IMG/VR virus record: IMGVR_UViG_2799112923_000001
Length of the DNA: 64,000 bases
Strand: one strand, 5' to 3'
DNA from: a virus
Lineage: Duplodnaviria; Heunggongvirae; Uroviricota; Caudoviricetes
Shown here: positions 11,469 through 21,402 of the stretch, one piece after another
How positions within the stretch are numbered: position 1 is the stretch's first letter
Layout of the letters: each line of letters begins with the position of its first letter
Program-made: the position numbers and the translations under genes
Notes under the pieces: generated by a model
The model's input: only the letters and a program-made list of their open reading frames with translations
Databases searched by the model: none
Told to the model about the DNA's origin: nothing

Positions 11469-11840
11469 ATGAAATCAGCACACGCAGCACAGATTGTAAA
11501 TAGCACGAAATTATTTAAGAAAGATTCGGGCTCTTTTTTTGGGATTTATTTTGATGCTAAGGGTACTATTGAAGAATTACCCGGTTTTACTTATTCTTAT
11601 TATGTTGTTGTTAATGAAGATGAAGTAAGTGGTAAATGGTCTATTTGGTACCCTGATACAAAAGCAGACAAATATAGTGATGGTGAAACTGTATTCAGTT
11701 TTAAATTGGATAAATTAAAAGAATCTGTTTTAAGAAAACATTTGGCTACATTTGCGGCTCAAAAGAGTATAATAACAATTAAAGAAAAAGAACTGTTGAA
11801 TAGTATTGAATTAGAATTGGTGAACAAGGATTTTGAATGA
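11469..11840 (+). CDS. DF-tail family protein
   Basis: Ends LVNKDFE. Confidence 0.7.
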   Translation: MKSAHAAQIVNSTKLFKKDSGSFFGIYFDAKGTIEELPGFTYSYYVVVNEDEVSGKWSIWYPDTKADKYSDGETVFSFKLDKLKESVLRKHLATFAAQKSIITIKEKELLNSIELELVNKDFE

Positions 11841-12199
11841 CAGTAGAAGAAATTAGAAAATTGGTATTAAACTCCAAGTTGTTTAATTGTACAATTAACC
11901 CATATTTTCCAATGTGGGAATTAAAGTTGGAAGACGCAGAGTTTCCGATTAAGCATTCAGTTTATCTTTATGTAACCCACTCAGATACTAATTTGACAGG
12001 TGGTTATATGAGTGTGGATTTAGCAACAAATAAAAACATAACAGAAGTACAGTTGTTTAATTATCCCATTAGTGAATTAAACAAAGTTCGTTTATTGGAA
12101 TGTATAGATTTGCTTACACAAGCACAATACGAAATGTTAAAGAAAGAAAAAGATTATAATGTAAACCAAAATTTACAGAAAATCCAAGAAGATTTCTAG
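11837..12199 (+). CDS. DF-tail family protein
   Basis: Ends KIQEDF. Confidence 0.7.
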   Translation: MTVEEIRKLVLNSKLFNCTINPYFPMWELKLEDAEFPIKHSVYLYVTHSDTNLTGGYMSVDLATNKNITEVQLFNYPISELNKVRLLECIDLLTQAQYEMLKKEKDYNVNQNLQKIQEDF

Positions 12200-12202
12200 T
12201 TT

Positions 12203-12268
12203 TGTAAACATTATTTTACAATAAAACCCCAGATTGTTATTGACAGTTTGGGTGTTTTTTGCTATATT
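12203..12268 (+). promoter_or_regulatory. Palindrome + sigma70-type promoter cassette
   Basis: TGTAAA-cattat-TTTACA 12203-12220; TTGACA 12240; TATATT 12263; next gene likely starts at ATG 12296. Confidence 0.85.
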
Positions 12269-12888
12269 ATAGTCATCAAACAAAGGAGATATACAATGAA
12301 AGACTTTTGGAAAGACTGCGCTTTTACTTTTGGCATTGTGCTGATTGCCCTTATTATGGGTGGTTGTCTGGCTATAACTCTAGTCCAGCATGGTTACATT
12401 CCGGTAGAAATCCCCAATAGTTCAAATGTACCAGACGAATAATTTCTTGTTACAGAAAACGATGTGGATTCCAGTGATTTTTTCGTAACTGTTTACACAT
12501 GTGAAGATGTTGAAAAGTTCAAGATAAACTATACTCAGGCAGAATGGCAGAAGCCAAAGCACAAAATTTATGTTAAAGAAGCAAACACATACAAAGAATT
12601 TGTATTCAACAGTAATGAATACAAAGTAGTATTGCCAACGGGACAGATTTTTGGTTGCGATATGAATGTTCTTACAGAAAATGACATTGAGAAAATCCGA
12701 TATGAAGGTAAGAAACAAGCTGAAGAATTGGTTGAAAGAATGGAATCCAATCTAAAGAAGGAAAATGCTATTCTAGCAATCGCTGAAGAAAAAGTAAAAG
12801 CAGGTATTCCACTCAATCCTGAAGAGCGAGATGCGTATGTGAAAAAGATACATTTGGAAGAATTTCACAAGATAATGGAAAAACATTA

Positions 12889-13188
12889 ATGCTTTCGCCA
12901 AAGATACAAAATCTTTTAACACATACCCTATTAAAAATGGGGTTTGAACCTGATAAAGATGCAACCTATAACAGTTTGATTTGTAAATCACCATACATTG
13001 AAATTTGTATTTATAATGATGGTGGCTATGTTTACGATGAAAACGGAAATTCATTTGATTATTACTATCCTGAAGATACACTTTATTTAACCCACGATGG
13101 AAAATATGACGAAGAATTTTTCATTAGAATGGTTAAAAAATCAAAAGAACTTTTACTCCAGCGTGAAATAAAGAAAGATTTTGAATGA
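12889..13188 (+). CDS. DF-tail family protein
   Basis: Ends EIKKDFE. Confidence 0.7.
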   Translation: MLSPKIQNLLTHTLLKMGFEPDKDATYNSLICKSPYIEICIYNDGGYVYDENGNSFDYYYPEDTLYLTHDGKYDEEFFIRMVKKSKELLLQREIKKDFE

Positions 13189-13410
13189 CTATACAAGAAA
13201 TAAAACAACAAATTAGACGCGGTAATGGAAATTATATAAGTGGGTTTGTATCGTGGCAATCTATTATAAAGACTAGACGAGAAACCATTGGCGACAGTCA
13301 TGTAATAGAAACCCAAAAACTAGAAGTTGCTCAGGAATGGCATAGATTAAATGAGTTGGGTAAAAAATCTATAAGAATGCAAAAAGAAGAACTGAAGATA
13401 CAAGAGGAAT

Positions 13411-13674
13411 TTGATGAGTAGATTAGAAAAATTATGTAAGTTAAATATGAAATTGAAACTGTTGAATCGTATCATTGAACAGGCTAACAAAGATTTACAT
13501 TATGTGTTTGACGCAGACATTTTTGAACTTACTAATTGGGAAAAAGAATTTTTAGACGAAATAAATGTTTCTTATAAAGAAGGTAATGCAGTTGTAATCA
13601 GTTGGGAAGAATCACAAGTTCTAAAATTAAAAGAAGAATTTGAAAAATTGAAGATGCAGAAGGATTTTATCTAA
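13411..13674 (+). CDS. DF-tail family protein
   Basis: Ends KMQKDFI. Confidence 0.65.
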   Translation: MMSRLEKLCKLNMKLKLLNRIIEQANKDLHYVFDADIFELTNWEKEFLDEINVSYKEGNAVVISWEESQVLKLKEEFEKLKMQKDFI

Positions 13675-14252
13675 TGAAGTTATTTCAAATAATCAAATAC
13701 AGTTTCAAATATAGAAAGCGAATCAAAACGCACATTAAGCGAGTTCAGCATTTCTATTTTGAACTTCTTCATTATGGAAAGATTTCTCCACAGTTTATTG
13801 ACATTGACAGAATTATGAACCACGATAAAGACAAACTAAAATTGAAAAATTTGGTTCGTCAAGCATTGAGATATATTCCAGGTCCACTCACAGAAAAAGA
13901 CAAATTGAAAATTCACTATGTAGTAATGGAGCATATCAGAACCAATAAACACCACTGTGAATACTGGGGTGAAAGTAGTTATGTTTCTATGGGTGTGAAT
14001 TGTACACAAATGAAAGAAACCTATTTGTACGAAATGTGTGCCGATTGGGCTGCTACATCCGAAGAAATGGGAACTGACTTAATGGCTTGGTATAATAAAG
14101 TAGTGAACACGAAATTTATTTTTACAGATAAACAAATCCAAATCATTAAACCAATTTGTGAATTTCTATCTGAGAGATTGGATAAAAATTACATTAGAAA
14201 AGACGATATGAAATCTGTTAAACTTTCCACTTTGGGAGTAGTAAATGATTAG
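13674..14252 (+). CDS. HD-superfamily phosphohydrolase-like protein (DUF5662-like)
   Basis: H..RV, HDKDK, HIRTNKHHCEYW, EMCADW metal-binding pattern. Confidence 0.6.
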   Translation: MKLFQIIKYSFKYRKRIKTHIKRVQHFYFELLHYGKISPQFIDIDRIMNHDKDKLKLKNLVRQALRYIPGPLTEKDKLKIHYVVMEHIRTNKHHCEYWGESSYVSMGVNCTQMKETYLYEMCADWAATSEEMGTDLMAWYNKVVNTKFIFTDKQIQIIKPICEFLSERLDKNYIRKDDMKSVKLSTLGVVND

Positions 14253-14685
14253 AATGATAGACCAAAAATTCATTGACAAAATGAACGAACTGTGTGTTAA
14301 ATATAATTTTATAAAAGATTATGATAACAATAAACGAACAGATTATCATTTGTGGATGTATGGTGGAAAAACTACATACGAATTACCTGGTGTTCTTCAG
14401 GGATATTCTTATAGAATTTCTCCAATGGTAAGCATATCATTTCAATACTGGGAGAACAGATACTATATCTGTTATAGTGAACTTGTACCAACCAAATCAA
14501 AAACTGGGAATATCTTATATCCAAATAAAGACCGAAAGAATGTTTTGAAAGTGGAAAAGTTTGACTGGGTTAAGTTTGAAAATTGGCTAATTAACCAAAA
14601 TAATATAATTCCGCAATCTATAAAAGAAGCAAAAAATAGGATTGTTAAAAATAAACTAAACAAAGCAGAAAAGGATTTTAAATAA
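14245..14685 (+). CDS. DF-tail family protein
   Basis: Ends KAEKDFK. Confidence 0.7.
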   Translation: MIRMIDQKFIDKMNELCVKYNFIKDYDNNKRTDYHLWMYGGKTTYELPGVLQGYSYRISPMVSISFQYWENRYYICYSELVPTKSKTGNILYPNKDRKNVLKVEKFDWVKFENWLINQNNIIPQSIKEAKNRIVKNKLNKAEKDFK

Positions 14686-15008
14686 TGACTATTGACGAAT
14701 TAAAAGAAATTTTATTACCAAAAGGTTTTGAATGTGTATTACATGGATGGGTAGGTGACCCTGAACCAACCTGTTATCTTTTCAAAATGCCAAATTCACC
14801 AATTTTGGAAAACTTCATTATTTACGAGTTTGTTGGTAGAAACCGAATGATTGCTTATGATTCATACTGGGGTCAGAGCAAAATGTTTATTACAAATATA
14901 AATGAACCACTAAACTACGATTTAAATGCGGTAGCAGAATCGTATATAAAAAGTTACAAAGAACATGAAGTAGAAAAGAATTTGAAAGAATTAGAAGAAG
15001 ATTTCTAA
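14685..15008 (+). CDS. DF-tail family protein
   Basis: Starts MTIDELKEILLPKGF; ends ELEEDF. Confidence 0.7.
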   Translation: MTIDELKEILLPKGFECVLHGWVGDPEPTCYLFKMPNSPILENFIIYEFVGRNRMIAYDSYWGQSKMFITNINEPLNYDLNAVAESYIKSYKEHEVEKNLKELEEDF

Positions 15009-15009
15009 T

Positions 15010-15075
15010 TGTAAACTATTTTTTACATTATTACACGAAAATTGGGTTGACAAATGACCCAATTTTTTCTATATT
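15010..15075 (+). promoter_or_regulatory. Palindrome + promoter cassette upstream of ligase N-half
   Basis: Palindrome 15010-15027; TTGACA 15047 inside hairpin AAAATTGGGT/ACCCAATTTT; TATATT 15070. Confidence 0.85.
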
Positions 15076-15104
15076 ATAACTAGAAATAAAAGAGAGGTCA
15101 AAAT

Positions 15105-16220
15105 ATGGCAAATCGCATTAAAGAATTGGAAAACGAAATCAAGAAAAACCAGGAACTGTACTATAACGGAAACGAGGTAATTTCCGATGGGGAGTTTGAT
15201 GCTCTGGTTGATGAACTCCAATCCCTTGACCCGGAAAATCCCCTTTTGACTACTCTCATTGGTGCTGACCATACCGAAGGTTTCGCAACTGTTGAACACC
15301 GCATTTTGATGGGTTCTCAGTCAAAAGCAAATACAGAAACTGAAATGAATGATTGGATTTCCACCATTAACCCAAAGAAGGTTCTCGGTGGATTTAAGAT
15401 GGATGGTTCTTCCCTGGAAATTTGGTATGACGATGGTGTTTACACGAAAGCTGTGACCCGTGGTGATGGAATTACTGGTGATGATGTTACAGAAAATGTA
15501 CGCAAAATGAACTATGTTCCGAAGAAGCTCAAAGAAAAGTATACTGGCGTTGTTCGTGGAGAAGTTCTTCTTCCTCGTAAGAATTTTGAAAAGTATTTTA
15601 AGGGAAAATACAAGAATTGCCGTAATACCGCTACGGGTGTTATGAAGCGAATTGACGGTAGTGATTGCGACAAGTTGGATGTGGTTGTTTACGATGCTCA
15701 GTATCTTGACAACAACAAAGAATTTGGCACTCAGGAAAAACTCGTTAATTTCTTTGAAAAGAATGGTTTCAAGGTTGCGGAATACAAGTTCTTTGATAAT
15801 CTCACGGGCAAGAAGGCTATGGATTATCTCAAAGAAATTTTTGATAAGTTTGATGATTTGGAATATGACATTGACGGTATCGTTTGGAAGCAGAACGAAA
15901 TTGATATGAACGATATGCGTACAAATGCTCGCCCAAAGACGAATATCGCACTGAAGCCCGCCAAGGTTTACAAACAAACGAAACTCGTAAACATTGAATG
16001 GCAAATGAAGAATGGTACATTGACCCCTGTTGCTATTCTTGAACCTGTTGATTTACAGGGTGCCACGATTAAGAGGGCTTCTCTCTGTAATGTTGCTTGT
16101 TTGGAAGAAATGGGAATTGAAATCGGACACACCGTGACGATTTGCCGCTGTGGTATGATTATTCCGAAGATTGTGAAGGATAACACTACCGGCAAATATG
16201 CTAGTGGTTATGAATTTTAA
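15105..16220 (+). CDS. ligA: NAD-dependent DNA ligase, N-terminal part (Ia, adenylation and OB domains)
   Basis: YY..ISD.EFD, KMDG, TRGDG..G.DVT, VRGE, RN.A.G, DGIV.K, G.LTPVA.LEPV, IIPKI; no Zn finger/HhH/BRCT. Confidence 0.9.
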   Translation: MANRIKELENEIKKNQELYYNGNEVISDGEFDALVDELQSLDPENPLLTTLIGADHTEGFATVEHRILMGSQSKANTETEMNDWISTINPKKVLGGFKMDGSSLEIWYDDGVYTKAVTRGDGITGDDVTENVRKMNYVPKKLKEKYTGVVRGEVLLPRKNFEKYFKGKYKNCRNTATGVMKRIDGSDCDKLDVVVYDAQYLDNNKEFGTQEKLVNFFEKNGFKVAEYKFFDNLTGKKAMDYLKEIFDKFDDLEYDIDGIVWKQNEIDMNDMRTNARPKTNIALKPAKVYKQTKLVNIEWQMKNGTLTPVAILEPVDLQGATIKRASLCNVACLEEMGIEIGHTVTICRCGMIIPKIVKDNTTGKYASGYEF

Positions 16221-16442
16221 TTAGGAGTGAATTATGAATTTGAGAACTTGGCTTGATAATGTTTGGAATAGATTTGTAATCATTAACAATGGTACAGTTG
16301 ACCCAAGCGAGAAAACAAGTTGGTATGGCACAAATTACGATTCCGATTATTGTGCTGTGCTAGAAGAAATGTATAACAAGGGTTGTACACCTGATGCTGC
16401 TGCTGAAGCATTAATTTATATTGAGTTCTAACAGGAGTTTAT

Positions 16443-16973
16443 ATGAAAGCAGTTTACGCAGGTTCTTTTGACCCAATCCACGCAGGCCACATAGACATTA
16501 TAAGGAGAGCAGTTCGCTCATTTGGTGGCATTACACTATTGTTAGCAGATAACCCCAGCAAGACGTATCTAAGGGGCAGGAATGAGCGGGTAAAATGGGT
16601 TCGTGAAATTCTTGACCAGGCCGGTGTGAATGGTGTAACCATTGACATTCTTCCAGCAAACGAATTTCTTGCCGACTACTGCTCAAAGAATGGAATTACC
16701 CATATCGTCAAGGGCCTTCGTAATGGTACAGACCTAGAAAGCGAAATGACCCAGGAATGGTACACAAAGAAGATGAATGAAAATGTTGAAACGATTTATT
16801 TTTCAACAAATGAAAAGTACAAGTATCTTTCTTCTTCCAGTATCAAGGCTCTTACTAAAATGAATAAGCAGGATTTCATTAACTATATGAAGAAAATCGC
16901 ATACATTGATGGTATGAGCGAAGAACGAATGGATGATTATCTGTGGACTATCCACACTGTTTATGGAGGCTAA
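16443..16973 (+). CDS. coaD: Phosphopantetheine adenylyltransferase
   Basis: AVYAGSFDPIHAGHIDII, NPSK, VKGLRN..D..E, ETIY, LSSS motifs. Confidence 0.85.
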   Translation: MKAVYAGSFDPIHAGHIDIIRRAVRSFGGITLLLADNPSKTYLRGRNERVKWVREILDQAGVNGVTIDILPANEFLADYCSKNGITHIVKGLRNGTDLESEMTQEWYTKKMNENVETIYFSTNEKYKYLSSSSIKALTKMNKQDFINYMKKIAYIDGMSEERMDDYLWTIHTVYGG

Positions 16974-17408
16974 ATGAACTGTTGGTATGATGACCCAAAA
17001 TACACTGAAGACAAAGTAAAAGAAATGCTTCAGCCGTTTGCTGATCGTATTGAAACTGAATGTGGTGTAAAAACTTCATTTAATAGTGTTGCGAGCTGGA
17101 TGAAACCCTGTTCAAGTAGTATTGGTTTTGAATTTATGGGTTATCCAGTTGGATTTGTTGCTTTATATTTGAATTATCCGACTGAAGCAGTTTTACTAAG
17201 TCTTTATTCAAAGGTCACATTTACAGATAAATCATCATTCACAAAGACATCAATGCAGCACAAGATTAAAATTCAAGTGACTTGCAGGCGTGATTTACAT
17301 GAATCGGATATTGAAAAATATATTAAATGGTTGAATGTTATTTGTAAACAAATTAAGACTGCCGAAGCCAAAAAGAAACGCTTGGAAATGGATACTGATT
17401 TTGAATGA
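16974..17408 (+). CDS. DF-tail family protein
   Basis: Ends EMDTDFE. Confidence 0.7.
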   Translation: MNCWYDDPKYTEDKVKEMLQPFADRIETECGVKTSFNSVASWMKPCSSSIGFEFMGYPVGFVALYLNYPTEAVLLSLYSKVTFTDKSSFTKTSMQHKIKIQVTCRRDLHESDIEKYIKWLNVICKQIKTAEAKKKRLEMDTDFE

Positions 17409-17725
17409 ACATTGAACGAGTTAAAAATATGTGGGATTCTCTAACGAGAATAGATGAAATCATGGAAGAAAATGGTTTCACTAAGGAGAGGATTTACCAA
17501 AACAGTGATACTTTCTTTTCAAATGATTCATTTAAAATACGTGCACAACTATTAACTGAAGATTTAAACTTTTATCATTTGTATGGAACAAAGATAATTT
17601 TTTCATACAAGTTCAATGATTTTTTAAGTGAAGATTTGGCATTGAATGAAAAAAAATTTATAGAAATGGTTAAATCAGTTAAAGAAAAATTCTTGTTAAA
17701 AAGTGTTAGCGAGGATTTTGAATAA
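17405..17725 (+). CDS. DF-tail family protein
   Basis: Ends SVSEDFE. Confidence 0.7.
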   Translation: MNIERVKNMWDSLTRIDEIMEENGFTKERIYQNSDTFFSNDSFKIRAQLLTEDLNFYHLYGTKIIFSYKFNDFLSEDLALNEKKFIEMVKSVKEKFLLKSVSEDFE

Positions 17726-17997
17726 GGAGAACTATGAATAAATTACTAAAGATTTATAAAGACGCATTTGAAACCACATTTGGACTATTCAAAACTGATG
17801 GGTTCAAATTTTTTGCTTCAATTATTGCGTTGATTTTTATTGGTTTTACAAGTTTGTTTGTTAGTGATTGGCTATCACACGGTAGCGGTTGGTATTTTTT
17901 GCTAATTCTGTTGGGTGAAACATTGTTATTGCTACCAGTTTATGTAAAATTGTGCAGGATTATTGACTATTATTAATGTAAAAAATTCTTTTCATAG

Positions 17998-18026
17998 TTG
18001 ACAAATATAAATAGTTTTACTATATT
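17998..18026 (+). promoter_or_regulatory. TTGACA-N17-TATATT promoter with nested TATAAATA
   Basis: -35 at 17998, -10 at 18021, TATAAATA at 18006-18013. Confidence 0.7.
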
Positions 18027-18036
18027 TGCTACCGCT

Positions 18037-18609
18037 ATGAAAAAGATAATCATTTTAATAACAATACTCATTTCTCTCAGTTTTGGTTCTCATGACTTCA
18101 CCAATTTGTATATGATTTCAAAAGGTGCGGAAATAGTCCAAACTGTAAACAAAAACATAACAACCCAAGACGCATTCAAGATTAGCGAAATTGCTTATCA
18201 AGAATCTGACAAATATGACTTGGATTTCCATTTCACATTAGGAATCATGACAACAGAGAGCAGGTTCAATGTAAATGCCAAGTCATATTGCGGCGCCATT
18301 GGTCTAATGCAGTTAATGCCAAAAACTGCCAAATATATTGCGAACAAATACGATATTGAATATAAGAATTTGTACGATATTGAGAGTAATATCCAAATCG
18401 GTACTGCGTATTTGTATCATTTGAAAAAGAAATTTGGTAGTTATGAGTTAGCAGCAGCTGGATATAATGGTGGTAATGTTGGGGCAAGAAAATATAGGGA
18501 CTATTTGATTGGAAAAATCAAGGGAACGGAAGTTCACCAACAAACATTTAAATATGTTCCTAAAGTTATGAATTATGTTTATGATTACAGAAAACTGACG
18601 AAAATGTAA
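18037..18609 (+). CDS. Soluble lytic transglycosylase (SLT) with signal peptide
   Basis: ESRFN..A.S..GAIGLMQLMP.TA, NI.IG..YL, AGYNGG; start moved to MKKIIIL. Confidence 0.9.
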   Translation: MKKIIILITILISLSFGSHDFTNLYMISKGAEIVQTVNKNITTQDAFKISEIAYQESDKYDLDFHFTLGIMTTESRFNVNAKSYCGAIGLMQLMPKTAKYIANKYDIEYKNLYDIESNIQIGTAYLYHLKKKFGSYELAAAGYNGGNVGARKYRDYLIGKIKGTEVHQQTFKYVPKVMNYVYDYRKLTKM

Positions 18610-18661
18610 ATTATTATTTACAAGCAGAGTGGTTGACACTCTGCTTTCTTTTTTCTATATT
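18605..18661 (+). promoter_or_regulatory. Palindrome + promoter cassette (10 nt gap variant) with terminator-like hairpin
   Basis: Palindrome 18605-18622; AAGCAGAGTG/CACTCTGCTT stem around TTGACA 18633, then T-run; TATATT 18656. Confidence 0.85.
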
Positions 18662-18704
18662 AGAATTGAAACAAAAAATATAACCATTAACAAGGAGTAA
18701 AATT

Positions 18705-19073
18705 ATGGCACGATACACCCACGAAGATAAGATGGAATTTCTGTTTGAGTTCGCAAAGAATTACGAATCATACGTCCCTGATAGCAAGGACAATATGCGT
18801 GCCGAGACCTGTACTACAAAGCCAAATCCAGTTCGTGCTGCTCAGGCTCAGTTGAAACGAATTGAATATCGTGATAAGTTCTATCGTAGATTGAAGGCAT
18901 TTCTCCAGCACGGTATCAAGATTAACTCATTTGATGGTACAATGTGGTCGGAATTGGAAAGCGATGAACTGCGCCAGTGGCTCAATATGGCTATTGATGT
19001 GTATGCCGGGGATTCTCCACGAAATGTAAAAGATAAGGAAATTACAAAGCTCGCCGAAGCAATTACAATGTAA
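18705..19073 (+). CDS. Hypothetical protein
   Basis: AAGGAG RBS, first gene after cassette. Confidence 0.7.
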   Translation: MARYTHEDKMEFLFEFAKNYESYVPDSKDNMRAETCTTKPNPVRAAQAQLKRIEYRDKFYRRLKAFLQHGIKINSFDGTMWSELESDELRQWLNMAIDVYAGDSPRNVKDKEITKLAEAITM

Positions 19074-19076
19074 ATT

Positions 19077-19706
19077 ATGGAAACAAATGTACAACAATTA
19101 GTAAACAAATTTAGGGGTGAACTTGAGTTCCCCCAATTTGTTGTTAAGTCATTTCCAGTCAAAGAAGGAACCATTTATAAGATGGTTTTTGATTTGGCTC
19201 ATTTGCCCCAGCCCAAATATGAAAAAGCAACATTATTTGTAAAACCTGAAGAATATCTTATTGGTATTGAGTTTGTTGTTCCAAGGCCATATATGGATTT
19301 AATGGATTTTAACCAAATTGAAGTTAGAATCTGTTATAGAGTGTATAAACTGAAAAATCTGTTGAATGATTGGACTCTAAAACGAATGAAAAAACTTTTA
19401 GAGAATAACTCATTTGAAGATTTCAAGAAAGAATACATTGAAAGAAATGAAATGGAAAACAAAGAACTAGATGTTAAGTTTGGTGATTTGGTTAAGGTTA
19501 TGGGAAAGATTTTGAATGAACAATCCAAAAATTTTGAACATACGATTGAATTAGTGAATGACCCAACTGTAAATTCTTTGTTAGACGATATTAAAAAAAT
19601 CAAAGAAGAAATTGATTTGAAGCATAACCAAATTTACGGAATTGAAAGTAAAATCCACTCAATTATCTCATTAAACATTGGAGCATTGGAAGATTTTGAA
19701 GGTTGA
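19077..19706 (+). CDS. DF-tail family protein, long coiled-coil type
   Basis: C-terminal heptad helix; ends ALEDFEG. Confidence 0.65.
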   Translation: METNVQQLVNKFRGELEFPQFVVKSFPVKEGTIYKMVFDLAHLPQPKYEKATLFVKPEEYLIGIEFVVPRPYMDLMDFNQIEVRICYRVYKLKNLLNDWTLKRMKKLLENNSFEDFKKEYIERNEMENKELDVKFGDLVKVMGKILNEQSKNFEHTIELVNDPTVNSLLDDIKKIKEEIDLKHNQIYGIESKIHSIISLNIGALEDFEG

Positions 19707-20055
19707 AGATAGATTAACTGGAAAAGATATAGCCAGTATTAATGATGCCATTAAAAGGATTTTTGGGTTTAAAGATTTGGATAAAGTTTTGGTATTTGAT
19801 TATAGCAGGGCTATACTAATATACAAATTATCCGAAAATCTTAAACTGAAAGTCGGTCGTTTTGTGAATTATTCCGATACAACTGGCTTAAAAGATTATA
19901 CTGGTATTGTTTACTCAATATGGGCCTTTGGCAGGCCTTATCAGTCCTTGACGGCTCTGAGCCAGTTGGCTATGATTAGATACCAACTACCACAAATGGA
20001 AAAAAGAGCCAGAGAGAGCCAGTGCTTGGCAAAAATCAAACAAGATTTTGAGTAA
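19678..20055 (+). CDS. DF-tail family protein
   Basis: Ends KIKQDFE; start uncertain. Confidence 0.65.
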   Translation: MEHWKILKVEDRLTGKDIASINDAIKRIFGFKDLDKVLVFDYSRAILIYKLSENLKLKVGRFVNYSDTTGLKDYTGIVYSIWAFGRPYQSLTALSQLAMIRYQLPQMEKRARESQCLAKIKQDFE

Positions 20056-20121
20056 TGTAAAGAAAAATTTACCAAGTTTAGCCAAAAATCCATTGACAAT
20101 AGTCGGTGGATTTTCTATATT
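20056..20121 (+). promoter_or_regulatory. Palindrome + promoter cassette upstream of ligase C-half
   Basis: TGTAAA-N6-TTTACC 20056-20073; TTGACA 20093; TATATT 20116. Confidence 0.85.
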
Positions 20122-20145
20122 TGTAAAAAACAAATGAGGTATTTA

Positions 20146-20982
20146 ATGAACGAATTAGCAACTATCGCAAAATCCCACAAATGGAATCTCCCCACTGTAT
20201 GCCCGGTTTGTGGTGGCGAACTGGTTTTGAGTGATAATCACTGCCAGCTCAAATGCTCTAACGATTTCTGTAAATCCAAGTATGCGGGTCGCATTAACAA
20301 ATGGACTAATACGATGGATATTAAAGAATTTGGCGGTTCTACCATTGACAAACTTATTGAAAACAATGTGATTGACTCCATTTCTTCGCTCTACACTATG
20401 GATTTGGAAAAGATTGCTACTATTCCTGGTTTTGGTGTTCGTTCTGCCGAAAAGATGAAGAAAGAACTGGATGCCCATAAGACTATGACCTTGGCAAAGT
20501 TTATCGCTGGCTACAACATTGATAGCATTGGCGAAAAGGTCATTGAGAACATTATTAAATTCTATGGATTTAAGAAGTTTGAAGATTTCTTTGGTTCTAA
20601 TTCTTCTCAGCGATTTGTGTGTGATGGTGTAGCTGCTATCACATCCAAGAAACTCCACGAGGGTTTGAAAATGCTGAAGAAAGATATGGAAAAGACCCTA
20701 AAGCATGTAACGATTAAGGCTGCCACTCCCAAGAAAATTGCTGTGGGTGGTTCGCTGGGTGGTAAATCTTTCTGTTTCACCGGTGCTGCTAGTATGCCTC
20801 GTAAGGAGCTGTGGGCATTGGTTGAAAAGAATGGTGGTGTTATCCACGAATCTATGAAGAAAGATACTGATTATCTTGTTCTCGCCGATGTAAATTCTAC
20901 TTCTAGCAAGGCCGTTAAGGCTCGTAAGCAGGGAACTACTCTTTTGAGTGAAGATGATTTCGTAAAAATGTGTGGTAAGTAA
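20146..20982 (+). CDS. ligA: NAD-dependent DNA ligase, C-terminal part (Zn finger, HhH, BRCT)
   Basis: P..CPVCG..L...C.N..C, MDIKEFG, IPGFG.RSA, IDSIG, GKSFCFTG..KKDTDYL..SSK..KA..G; GAGGT RBS before ATG 20146. Confidence 0.9.
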   Translation: MNELATIAKSHKWNLPTVCPVCGGELVLSDNHCQLKCSNDFCKSKYAGRINKWTNTMDIKEFGGSTIDKLIENNVIDSISSLYTMDLEKIATIPGFGVRSAEKMKKELDAHKTMTLAKFIAGYNIDSIGEKVIENIIKFYGFKKFEDFFGSNSSQRFVCDGVAAITSKKLHEGLKMLKKDMEKTLKHVTIKAATPKKIAVGGSLGGKSFCFTGAASMPRKELWALVEKNGGVIHESMKKDTDYLVLADVNSTSSKAVKARKQGTTLLSEDDFVKMCGK

Positions 20983-21402
20983 AAAGGAGAAAACTATGTT
21001 TGGATTTATTTGTGGTGTAATCGTTTGTGTTGGTGCGTATTTTATGTACAAAATGGCAACTGTTGGTAGTGAAGAACAACCAATTTCCAGGGAAGAATCA
21101 CATTCAAAGTATGATGAATGGATGAAACATCGTGAACAGTTGGTTAAGAAACACGGACCCATTACAGACAGAGTAAAGACAGACCCAGTATACGCAGCTG
21201 AACAGTTCCATTATTTGATTGATGGAATGACTACAGGTGGTGTTCAGGACCGAGTTTGTTTTCTGTTGAATGTAGTGGAAAAGATGGAATGTATGAACCC
21301 AGATTTGATTGACTATATGAAGAGTGCAGTTTCAAGTACAGAAGTCAATGATTACGAATGTATCAAACAGAATTTGTATGATATTTGGCATGGAAAGAAT
21401 TA

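Noticed and set aside
16220-20146. Intron or split intein joining the ligase halves
   Set aside because: The gap holds ordinary genes and separate promoters; no intein C/S start or HN end, and no group I/II features were noticed
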